A model generated the notes under the pieces. The model saw only the letters and a list, made by a program, of their open reading frames with translations. It ran no database searches and was not told the origin of the DNA. DNA of 64,000 nucleotides, taken from an uncultured virus (IMG/VR IMGVR_UViG_2061766007_000665). Taxonomy: Duplodnaviria; Heunggongvirae; Uroviricota; Caudoviricetes. The stretch's first letter is position 1. Every line of letters begins with the position of its first letter. A program made the translations under genes and the position numbers. The stretch lies in IMG/VR virus record IMGVR_UViG_2061766007_000665. One strand, written 5' to 3'. Below are positions 10,401 to 20,808 of the stretch, one piece after another.

Positions 10401-11144
10401 ATGGCAAACAGTATTGTAAAATCGAATATAGATAAAATATCCAGAGCCATTGTGGACTCCGATTTTAATTTACATACGTGGGAAGAAATTGCAAATTCTG
10501 GCGTGTCTATAGAAGAGCTGCCAGCAACTCTTTTAGGTGGTTGTTGGGGTGGTTATGCTGGAGACGAGGAAAAGACTTATTATACGGTTCAAAGCTCTTT
10601 CTTTGTTGGAGAAGATTATAATTACTTTATGTTCCCTAATAGTGATACAATTGATGGTTATGCTTCTGCGTCTATCCTATGTGAATCCTTATCAGATGGG
10701 TCTGTTTTATTATCGAGTAGCATTAGCCCTGAAAACGATATTGAAGTAACGTTTTTTAGGGTAAAAATGATAGAAGAATCTCCATCCAAACTTTACAAAG
10801 TGTGCAAAGGAACGACAAACTTATTCTTTGATGGCAATACTCCTGAGTGTTATCTTGATGATGATTATATAGATATTAAGGGTTCTATAGAAGATGATGA
10901 TACCTCTATAATACTTGTTAATATGTTATATAATGACGATGATGGAGCAGGCGGTGTTAAGGGATATTTGGTAAATAGAATAAATTCTACAGTAGAAGAA
11001 TCTAATGGTGGAATAATACAGTCTTTTCTTATTAATGTGGATTCTTCGGATAATACATATGTTAATTTAACAAGTAATCAATATAGAAATATATGGAACT
11101 ACATCGCTAATTATAACTATAATCCGGGAGAATTAGGAGAATAA
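10401..11144 (+). CDS. Acidic protein, paralog of 7057 and 8566
   Basis: KISRAIVDSDFNLHTWEEI versus KIARYLTDSEFNLHTYEDV. Confidence 0.75.
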   Translation: MANSIVKSNIDKISRAIVDSDFNLHTWEEIANSGVSIEELPATLLGGCWGGYAGDEEKTYYTVQSSFFVGEDYNYFMFPNSDTIDGYASASILCESLSDGSVLLSSSISPENDIEVTFFRVKMIEESPSKLYKVCKGTTNLFFDGNTPECYLDDDYIDIKGSIEDDDTSIILVNMLYNDDDGAGGVKGYLVNRINSTVEESNGGIIQSFLINVDSSDNTYVNLTSNQYRNIWNYIANYNYNPGELGE

Positions 11145-11146
11145 AA

Positions 11147-11859
11147 ATGCAAGCAAATAGAGATCCATATATTATTAATTTAGGTACAGTTGTTAATTAT
11201 AACTGCGTACCAGAATATGGTGAAAACGACTTGTCTTTCACTGGGTATTTATCTGACGGGCCATCCGTTTCGTATAGTTCTGATAATTTTAAAGATTTNN
11301 NNNNNNNNNNNNNNNNNNNNNNNNNNNNNNNNNNNNNNNNNNNNNCTCCTATAATGGTTCCAAAAAACGCTATGGAGCTTGATATTAAAAACTATAGTGA
11401 TATTACTACAGAAGAAATAACATTCCCATTGTTATGTGTGTCTGAAGATTTTCAGTTTAATACAGATGTGTATACATGTGTTCTTGATGCATGCGCTGCA
11501 TATATAGACGATCATGAAGGGGAAATTCCTAAAGTATATTTTAAATTTCCATATGAATATTNNNNNNNNNNNTAGAATCAATAGATATTAATTCGTCTTA
11601 TAGAGCTACACTAAATTCTGGTACATGTAACGCTAGTTTTTCAATTTATAATAACGAGATTCAAGTGGAACCTAACTATCCAATTACAACTCCGTTCATG
11701 TTTGCAGAACTTATTGGTTTTAGTGAAAAAAGGCTTGTATTTAGTCCAGACTGGTATGGTTATGGCAATCACAGCTACAGCGTTGTTTTTAATGCGGTTG
11801 ATGAAAGCAACTTTGGGGTTGATATAATAAATTTCTTCTACCATGAGGAAGAAGAATAG
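11147..11859 (+). CDS. Acidic hypothetical protein(s); one gene, or two with the junction in gap 11562-11572
   Basis: AGGAG SD; frame after the gap is open through to TAG at 11859. Confidence 0.55.
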
Positions 11860-11869
11860 AGGTGAATAA

Positions 11870-12310
11870 ATGGATAATAATAGTTTTATATACGTAGATA
11901 TTCCCCTCGTCATTGGCGATCTTACATACGAATATGGATTAGCCTCAAAATCTGCAGGACAAATTTTATTTGAAATTGGTGCGTTAAAAGACAGTGAAAA
12001 TTATGAAAGTTATGAAGATATGAGGGACAATTATCCTGGGGAATTTATATTTATAGATCCTTTTAAAGCGACTAAAATTCCAATTGCTAGGGTGCATGCA
12101 ACGAGCTCCATTGATAGCAGTCTTAAATATACGCAATATCTTTTAATTAGTAATTTAACAAGTAATGCTCCGTATATTGAAATTGAACATGAGAATGAAT
12201 TTTATTGTTATTGTGCATCTGAAAAACTTGTCCCAGTTCCAAATACTTATCCTGGCATAGGAATTACAAATGATAAACATGTTTTTTATAACGAAGGCAT
12301 AGTTCACTGA
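11870..12310 (+). CDS. Acidic hypothetical protein of the array
   Basis: GAGGTG SD; 146-aa ORF. Confidence 0.65.
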   Translation: MDNNSFIYVDIPLVIGDLTYEYGLASKSAGQILFEIGALKDSENYESYEDMRDNYPGEFIFIDPFKATKIPIARVHATSSIDSSLKYTQYLLISNLTSNAPYIEIEHENEFYCYCASEKLVPVPNTYPGIGITNDKHVFYNEGIVH

Positions 12311-12327
12311 TAAGGGGGATATAAATC

Positions 12328-13344
12328 ATGGCTAAACAAAGTAAAATATATAGTTATCCCTCTGGTGGGACATCAGGTGGGACTGCGGAAGCTGGGACTA
12401 GTTTATATATATTAGTAGACTCACAAGACTGGACGTATGAAAATCCAGAATGGATTTGTACGATTAGTAATCCAATGTTCCATGAAATGGGATATCTTTA
12501 TCATGCCGATACAGTTGATTTGAATTCAACTGCCGATGTGGCAATTAATGATTTATATGGATATGTAACGGACGGTGAATTAACTTTAGCAATATTGGAT
12601 GAAGATGAACAAATATTGTCTCCTCCTGAAATAAGACTTTTAATAACTCCTTCAAAAATAAAGGGGCTTGAAGAAGATTCTAGTATATTTTCATTTACTT
12701 GGTTTTCTATTGTTGCAGGTGGAGTATTTACTGAACAGGGCGCATATCAGCAGTATAGAAACTTTGCTTCTGATGTTATAATTTCTTCAAATGCAGCTAC
12801 AACACCAGAAAATATTATATGGAATAATGGTTCTGGCGCAGTTACAGGTACTTTAGATCCTGCAGAAGTTAGAAAAGCGACTTTTTGCTTAGTCCCTACT
12901 TCTACAACAGGTACTGCGGTTGAAGGAGAATATCAAAGAGCATTAACTGGAAACTATATTGTTTATGTAACTTATGAAAATAGTGGTATTTATTCTTGGA
13001 TAAGAATCACTCCGACTCAAACAGATACTCTTCATACGCATACATTAACAAAAACAACTGCTTCAATTACTGGTACAAATGGCACCGTAACCGCTTCTCA
13101 TGTTAAAACTTCGGGTACAAATGGTTCTGCAGCTTCTTTTTCTACAAGTGTTGATGCAAATGGAGTTTTATCATTTAGTTTTACTACTAATAATCCAACT
13201 ACATTACCTGTCTTTGAAGATGTTACAGCTGCGGTTGCTGCCAGTAGTTCTGTTTCTGTCCTTACAGATGTTTCTGTAAACAATCAATTAAATGTTCCTT
13301 CTTATAATGGTGAAATTTCTGATAATCCAAATCAAGGTGAGTAA
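12328..13344 (+). CDS. Tail fibre-like protein sharing two modules with ORF 3402
   Basis: AATTPENIIWNNGSGAVTGTL...FCLVPTSTTGTAVEGEYQRAL versus AASTPEGIRWNTGDGEVIGTL...FYMVPSSTEGTQEEGRFERSL; HTHT motif. Confidence 0.7.
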   Translation: MAKQSKIYSYPSGGTSGGTAEAGTSLYILVDSQDWTYENPEWICTISNPMFHEMGYLYHADTVDLNSTADVAINDLYGYVTDGELTLAILDEDEQILSPPEIRLLITPSKIKGLEEDSSIFSFTWFSIVAGGVFTEQGAYQQYRNFASDVIISSNAATTPENIIWNNGSGAVTGTLDPAEVRKATFCLVPTSTTGTAVEGEYQRALTGNYIVYVTYENSGIYSWIRITPTQTDTLHTHTLTKTTASITGTNGTVTASHVKTSGTNGSAASFSTSVDANGVLSFSFTTNNPTTLPVFEDVTAAVAASSSVSVLTDVSVNNQLNVPSYNGEISDNPNQGE

Positions 13345-13357
13345 GTGAGGTATAGAT

Positions 13358-16300
13358 ATGGCAAGAAAAATTACTATATCTTACGGTGAAAAAACAATAA
13401 TAAATAAAGATTTTATGGTGTCTCCAGAATCTGGTACCATTAATATGAATGATGTTGAAGCTTTTTTTAGTGGTGATATCAACATTTTATCTACCGTTGG
13501 AGGGGATATTTATTACGGTGAAACAAAATTAGCAGAATTGTCTGACGAAAATAATGAAGTAACTCTTCTTACAAAAGGGAAAATAGTTCCAGAAAATATT
13601 TATGTAGAATATGATAAAGATTATACCTATGATTCTGCTCCATTCTACTTTTTAGCTCCGATTTCTAATGGGACACCTTTTACTTTAAGAACGTCAAATG
13701 GTGACAAAAACTGGGATGGAAAAATCGAGTATACTACTAATGGGACAACTTGGATAGAGTGGAATGGAGGATATATAACCTCTGAACAACAAGGTACAAA
13801 CTATTTCCTTGGCCTTCGTGGAACTGGAAATACTCAAGTAACGGGGAAAAAAACTGTTGCTGGGAACCCGAGATATTTTTCTTTTACAGATGGTGATGGA
13901 ATAGAAGTTTACGGAAATATTGATTCTTTGTTAGATTATAAAATTGTAGAGCAGGGTGGACAGATTGTTTATCAAGGATTAGCTCCTTTTTCTGGTTTGT
14001 TTTATCATGCTCCTATCACAAAAGCACCAGAATTTCCCAATCATTCATTGTCTGCGCATTGCTATGAAAGTATGTTTATCGGTTGTGAACATCTTATTNN
14101 NNNNNNNNNNNNNNNNNNNNNNNNNNNNNNNNNNNNNNNNNNNNNNNNNNNNNNNNNNNNNNNNNNNNNNNNNNNNNNNNNNNNTACCAGCTACTACATT
14201 ATCAAATAATTGTTATCTTAGTATGTTTTATGGTTGTGGAAGTATTACTGAAGCACCTGAATTACCAGCTACTACATTAACAAATAGCTGCTATAAGAAT
14301 ATGTTTTATAATTGTAGTAGTCTTACCAAAGCCCCTGAGTTGCCCGCAACAACTTTAGCAGATGAATGTTATGAATTTATGTTTTATGGTTGTAGCAATC
14401 TTGCTGAGGCACCTGAATTACCAGCAACAACATTAACTGATCATTGTTATGCTTATATGTTTTATGGTTGTGAAAGTATTACTGAAGCTCCAGAATTACC
14501 AGCCACCACTTTAACAGATTATTGTTATGCTGTAATGTTTTATCGATGCAAAGGTCTTACTGAAGCACCCGAATTGCCAGCAACTACATTAGCAGCTTCT
14601 TGTTATACTTCAATGTTTGCCGGATGCGATGGTCTTACTGAAGCACCAGAATTGCCAGCTACTACATTAAGTGAAAGTTGTTATCAAAGTATGTTTGCAG
14701 GCTGTAATAGTCTTACTAATGCGTCCGCGCTACCAGCGACAACATTAGCGCAACGATGCTACCGGGAGATGTATTATAATTGTGAAAGTCTTACTTCTGC
14801 GCCTATCCTTGCTGCTACCGCGTTAGCATCTCAATGTTATCATCAAATGTTTTATGGTTGTACAAGTCTTATAAGTGCACCAGCACTACCATCAACTACA
14901 TTGCAACCAAGCTGCTATAGAGGAATGTTTTATGGTTGTACAAATCTTATAAACGCTCCGACATTATCAGCTTTAAATATTGCAGAATATTGTTATGCAG
15001 AAATGTTTTCCAATTGTACAAGTCTTGTAAACGCTCCTTCGCTGCCGGCAATGACATTATCAACATATTGCTATTATGCTATGTTTAATGGATGTACAAG
15101 TTTAACAGCGACTCCAAACCTTCCTGCAACCACATTGGGCGAACGTTGTTATTATGCTATGTTTGGTAATTGTACAAATCTTACTTCTATTTCAACTCTC
15201 CCAGCAACTACATTAACAAGTTACTGTTATGCTAGCATGTTTAGTGGCTGTTCTAAATTAGAAGTTTTGCCAGATTTACCAGCTACAACGTTAGTAACTG
15301 CATGTTATAATGATATGTTTAGAAATTGTTCTTCTATAAGACTTGCAACTTCTAAATATGATCATTATAAAGTTCAATATAGGATACCATCAAGTGGTAC
15401 TGCCACTACTGCTTCACTTGCTTTATCAAATATGTTTGCAAATACCGGAGGTGCATTTAAAGGAACTCCTAGTATAAATGCTACATATTACTTAACCGAA
15501 CCTAATGTAAAAGAAGAGGAATCTGTTACAGTTTCAAGTGAATACCCATTTACTATTAGTGCTAATTATAACGGTACAAAACTTTGGGATGGTACTATTA
15601 ATTATTCGTTTGATGAATCTATTTGGACAGAGTGGGAAGGAGAAAGTATTAGTGTTTCTCCTGGAAACACTTTGTACTTAAGAGGATATTATAATAAATC
15701 GCTTACAAAAGGATCAGGATATACTCCGTGGTCTTTATCAGGTAATTCTATATCAATTAGTGGTGATTTATTTAATTTAATATGCTGTAACAAACTTTGG
15801 ATAGATTATACACTAGATGTTTCTTATTGTGAANNNNNNNNNNNNNNAGTTTAATAAAAGGCTTTGATTCATTAAATACTCCTCTTACAAATGGGTGCTT
15901 TGGATATATGTTCCAAGGGACAGGCATTGTTTCGGCTCCTTCTTTCTCTCAAGATAGCTTTGCGCCTGCAAATTGTGGTTCATTTATGTTTATGGGGTGT
16001 AGTAATTTAGTAAGCCCTCCTGTAACATTACCAGCAATAACAGCGGATGCATCTTGTTATGAAGGTATGTTCCAAAATTGTACAAGTCTTGTAAATGCTC
16101 CTACATTACCAGCAACAACGGTTCGAGATTCTGCTTATAGAGCAATGTTTCGTGGTTGCACAAGTTTAATAAATGCTCCTTCTTTACCTTGTACGCTTGG
16201 TCTTGGTTATTACTCTTATAGAGAAATGTTTTATGGCTGTACAAGTCTTGTAAANNNNNNNNNNNNNNNNNNNNNNNNNNGGCTGTTATTATGAAATGTT

Positions 16301-16574
16301 CCGTGGATGTACTTCATTATTATCAATACCAGCATTGCCGTCAACTTGGTTAGCATCTAATTGTTATGTTGGTATGTTCCGCGGTTGTTCAAATATTCAA
16401 TTATCTTCTACACAAGATGGTACATATATTAATGAGTATAGAATACCATCATCTGGAACTGGTACACAAGACACCGGTCCTATGGGAAATATGTTTACAA
16501 ATACTGGCGGAACATTCACTGGAACACCTACAATAAATACAACCTATTATACATCCAATACAATTGTAAGTTAA
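13358..16574 (+). CDS. Large BspA-related Cys-containing LRR protein (about 1,070 aa) with two tandem solenoid units; joined across 3 N-gaps
   Basis: 25-aa repeats PELPATTLxxxCYxxMFxGCxxLxxA; frames are stop-free on both sides of gaps 14099-14184, 15834-15847 and 16255-16280. Confidence 0.85.
14020..15330 (+). repeat. Coding tandem repeat, 75-bp (25-aa) unit, about 17 copies
   Basis: Recurrent GAAGCACCNGAATTRCCAGCWACWACATTA...TGTTAT...ATGTTT. Confidence 0.9.
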
Positions 16575-16745
16575 AAGCGAGATNNNNNNNNNNNNNNNNN
16601 NNNNNNNNNNNNNNNNNNNNNNNNNNNNNNNNNNNNNNNNNNNNNNNNNNNNNNNNNNNNNNNNNNNNNNNNNNNNNNNNNNAGCAGATAAAAGTGAAGT
16701 TTTATTTCTTTCTTTGAAATGAGAAAAGGGAGGAATTTATATAAA

Positions 16746-16964
16746 ATGAAATCGCAGGTCCTAATGAAAACAGATACAACTGAGCATTGGTCAAAATGCG
16801 AGGACAAATATATTCCTGCTCCTTTTACTATTATTGTGTATCAAGACACAGATAAAACTCCAAAAATCAAAATCTCTGACGGGTCGAGTTTACTTAAAGA
16901 TTTGCCGTTTGTTAATTTTGGAGAAAGCAAGTCATCTGTAAACGATGAAATTTTGGAGTTGTGA
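16746..16964 (+). CDS. Small Mtd-N / hyaluronidase-N-like tail fibre domain protein
   Basis: GGAGG SD; KTDTTEHW...IP....IIVY.D....KIKISDG....DLPF pattern. Confidence 0.65.
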   Translation: MKSQVLMKTDTTEHWSKCEDKYIPAPFTIIVYQDTDKTPKIKISDGSSLLKDLPFVNFGESKSSVNDEILEL

Positions 16965-16977
16965 AAGGAGCTCTAGT

Positions 16978-17240
16978 ATGGCAATAAAACAAATAAAGCT
17001 TAATGGGTCTACTTATGATTTGAATAATAGATCGATAACCTTGGCTTCTGCTTCTGGTACTTTAACNNNNNNNNNNNNNNNNNNNNNNNNNNNNNNNNNN
17101 NNNNNNNNNNNNNAACCGGAGAGACAAGTACGCATATGTATTATGGCTTTGAAGATACCGGTTTAAGTAAAATGTATTATTTTTCAATAAAGAAATCTAA
17201 CAGGACGTATTCAAGAACTCAAATAAATATGGCTACGGAA
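16978..17240 (+). CDS. Small fibre-associated protein (end in gap), paralog of 20399
   Basis: AAGGAG SD; YDLNNRSITLASASGTL versus HDLDNRYITLSAASGTL. Confidence 0.65.
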
Positions 17241-17326
17241 NNNNNNNNNNNNNNNNNNNNNNNNNNNNNNNNNNNNNNNNNNNNNNNNNNNNNNNNNNNN
17301 NNNNNNNNNNNNNNNNNNNNNNNNNN

Positions 17327-20279
17327 GCAATTAGATTTAAAAGAGGAATTACTAATTCTATGATCGCTTTAAATTTCCCTAACGAAATTAATGCGATTGT
17401 TAATGTTAACGAGGGCACCAGCTCTGCTAATGCTGTTGCAGGAGATATTTTAGCTCCAAAAACTGCGTATGTAAATGGATCCAAATTAACTGGGACAATA
17501 CCTACACGAACCGTATCAAATCTTACTGTTTCTGGTGCAAAAATAACTACTCAGGCTGGCTATTATGCGACAGACGTTAATAAAAGCGTAAGCACCGCTT
17601 CTCTTGTCGCTGGAAATATTTCAGGCACAGCATATTTGGAAACGACTGGAGATTATGGATTTCAAGTAAATGTTAATGTTCCCACTGGATATCACGCAGG
17701 AGGAACCGTTACTAAAAACTTTACAACTGGCATTTTCCCTGCGCCAGAGTCTAAGGCAACGGCAAATAGAATGCTTACTGGTTATTCTCTTTATGATGAA
17801 GATGGTAAGCTGATTACTGGTAACATGCCCAACCGAGGCGCTCAAAATAGTACAATAGCAACTCAAGGCGGTACCTATACGATTCCAGAAGGATACCATA
17901 ATGGAAGCGGAGTAATTACTGCAAGTTTTCCAAATGTTACTATTACTACATCTTCTAAAAATACTGGATCTTCCTTTACTCCGACATTAACGTATGATGC
18001 GACAAATTCAAATTATAAATTTGGTGGCAGTAGTACGGCCAGTTTTACTGCGAATTTCAATGTTACGGCAAATGGTTATGCTACAAATTTAAATAATTCT
18101 CAGGCAACAAATTCTGGAACCGTATCCGCTACTGGCACTCTTACAAAAGTATCGGTNNNNNNNNNNATTACAGTCTGTTCCGTCTGGTGTAACAAATGCT
18201 GCAGCGGGTGCTGCTACAACTACAGCTCCGTCTAGTGGTTATTATGTTGCTATTCGTTCTGGTGCCAATACTACGACAGCATATGGAAATATTAAAAGCG
18301 TTAGCGCTGGGTATTCTGATGGTGCCAATGTAACAAAAACAAGAAGTAGTGGAGTTACTACTGGTGCTGCTCAATCAGACATATATTATATTCCAGTAAA
18401 TATGCAAGCTGGCCCTGGTAATATTAAAGCGGCCAGTGGAACTGGGTCTGCTACCATAACTGCGGCTACATATGCTTATAATGCAACCGCTGGAAATTAT
18501 GGTGTAACTGGATCAAAGGCTATTTCTGGTTCTGCATATAGAGAAATTGATACTGCTGGTTATTTAGCAAAGGACAACACTGCTGGCAGCGTTACTGGAA
18601 CGGCCTCATTAGCTGCTAACGTTGCAAAAACGACGGTTACGACAGCTGTTTCTGGTACAATTTCAAGAAAACCAGTAATTGCGGTCCAAGCAACACCATC
18701 TGGTGTTACTAATGCTGCTAACGGTGCAGCTACCACAACTAAACCATCTAGCGGCATATATGTTACAGTCGCATCTTCCGCAAATACGTCCACTGCTACC
18801 GCTACCGTTTCTAGTGTTACTACTGGATATTCTGATGGTACTAATTATGATAAAAGTCAAGGTACCGCAACTGGAGGAGCAGCAGCGTCTGACACTTTTT
18901 ATATTCCAGTTAATAGTGCAGAAATACTCCCAGCGGGAATTTCTTTTAGTGGTCCTGCAGTTCAAATGTCTGTAGCAAATGCAACAGGAAGAGTTACTGC
19001 ATCTTCTACTACTTCAACTGGTACTTTTTATTATGCTAATATAAATACGGCTGGATATTTAACTGCAGGAAAACGTTCTACTACAGGTGTTTTTACAAGT
19101 ACTGGTAATACTCTTCAGTTAAATACCAAAGCCGGACAAACAATTAATGTTTCTACTAATACGAAAATTATAAATGCTGGGCAGTTTGCTACTGGTGATA
19201 TTTACGCTAAACCTACTGTCACTGGATCTATTAATAGAATATTAATTAAGCCATATCGAGTTGTTTTGTTAAGTGATCAGTATCCAGAAAAGAACAAGTC
19301 AACAAATCCGAGTGTCGTTTTTGGCACAGGTGTTGGCTATTGTACTATATCTTATGGTTATCCGCAAACATCTGCAACAATTACTACTACTTCTTATAGA
19401 TATTATCAAATACTTCAAAATCATGATTGGTGGGCTGTATATGATGATGGCACAATGGTTAATTTAGTAGATATAGCGGCTTTGGGGAACTTGGTAGAAG
19501 CTACAACCACATGTTCTGTATCTGGTTCTTTAAGTTCATATAATTGGATATTTTTTAATAGTGCAGGTAGTTATCAAGATAGTGGTTTGCAAATACATTT
19601 TTATAATGGAGCTACAACAAGAGCTGTTTACAATGAACAAGGAAATACAGAAACAGTTAGGGGTTGCTTTGATTATATATCTTGTAATACAAAGTCTGGT
19701 TCTAGTGGCACCATTACTATAGGAATTTCTTCGGTAAAAATAAATAGTATACAATATCCAATATCTGTTCCTTGGGGATATACCTATGCATCTGAAGTTG
19801 CGAACCCTCAAATGTTAAGTAAAAGATATGGGTCAAATATGGTTTTATCTGCTGGCCAATCTTACTATAGGGTAAATGCTGGAGATACAATTGTTGGTCT
19901 TGTAAATGTTGGTGTTACTAACAATTATGCGGTAAATGATAATTATGTGTATCCGCTCTTTTTATCAACAAATTCAGCGGCCGTAGAACATTATGATAGT
20001 ACACATACAGCTCACAAAACATATGTTACTTCAATAACATATAATGGCACCACTTGGTATTGTGGCGACGTAATAGACCCTGGAACAACTACTAGTTCTA
20101 CAACTCATTATTTGGGATATAATTTAACAAACCCTTCTGGGTCATCAGTTTCTTCTGTTAATAACGCAATTCCCCGTGCTGGTGTTGGCTTTGTTCCTCT
20201 TTATGGGAGCAGCACATATAAAATACAGGCTATTCAAGCTGCGGCTAAACGGATTTTAGATTATTATTATTATGGATAA
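17327..20279 (+). CDS. Thr/Ser/Ala/Gly-rich tail fibre protein 1 (start in gap; joined across gap 18157-18166)
   Basis: AIRxKxG...NFPxEI start, KTAYVNGxKLTGT and YTIPEGYHNGSG fibre motifs; open frame from 18168 into ORF 18402. Confidence 0.8.
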
Positions 20280-20398
20280 TCAAAATATTTTTAACAATAT
20301 AAGATTAGGGGTATCACGTGGCTGATATTAATTAAATCAGTTAACACTCCTATTATAGTTTTAAGGCAACAAATATCTAAAAGGAGGTTACATGAAAG

Positions 20399-20683
20399 AT
20401 GCCACAATCTATTGTGCAAATACAAGATTATCAAGGTAACTTGCATGATCTTGATAATAGATATATAACGTTATCAGCTGCTTCTGGTACTTTAAGTGCT
20501 GATGATTTATCTGTCCTTCAGGCCAGCAGCAAAAATTATATTATATATTCTGATAAAATATATAAACTTACGTCATCTAACGGTTCAGCACTACAATACA
20601 GTAGAGAAGATGCTATAAACAATACGCACGAAACAATTACTGTTACCGTATCTTCTGGTACTTTTGAATATTCAGTTATTGAT
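20399..20683 (+). CDS. Small fibre-associated protein (end in gap)
   Basis: AGGAGG SD; SGTLSADDLSVL module also present inside ORF 3402 (SGTLSAADLATL). Confidence 0.7.
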
Positions 20684-20808
20684 NNNNNNNNNNNNNNNNN
20701 NNNNNNNNNNNNNNNNNNNNNNNNNNNNNNNNNNNNNNNNNNNNNNNNNNNNNNNNNNNNNNNNNNNNNNNNNNNNNNNNNNNNNNNNNNNNNNNNNNNN
20801 NAACTAAA

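Noticed and set aside
6375..12310. Stop-codon reassignment fragmenting one long gene into short ORFs
   Set aside because: Stops are mostly TAA, successive ORFs change frame, readable starts have their own SD, and long genes elsewhere read normally in code 11
14020..16400. 75-bp periodic repeats as a CRISPR array or DGR template/variable repeat pair
   Set aside because: Repeats are in-frame coding units with synonymous variation; no invariant repeat-spacer structure, no reverse transcriptase and no adenine-specific TR/VR pair seen in the window
20304..20352. Imperfect intergenic hairpin between the two fibre cassettes as an ncRNA or riboswitch
   Set aside because: Short, AT-rich and without a recognisable family motif; more likely a weak terminator or mRNA stabiliser
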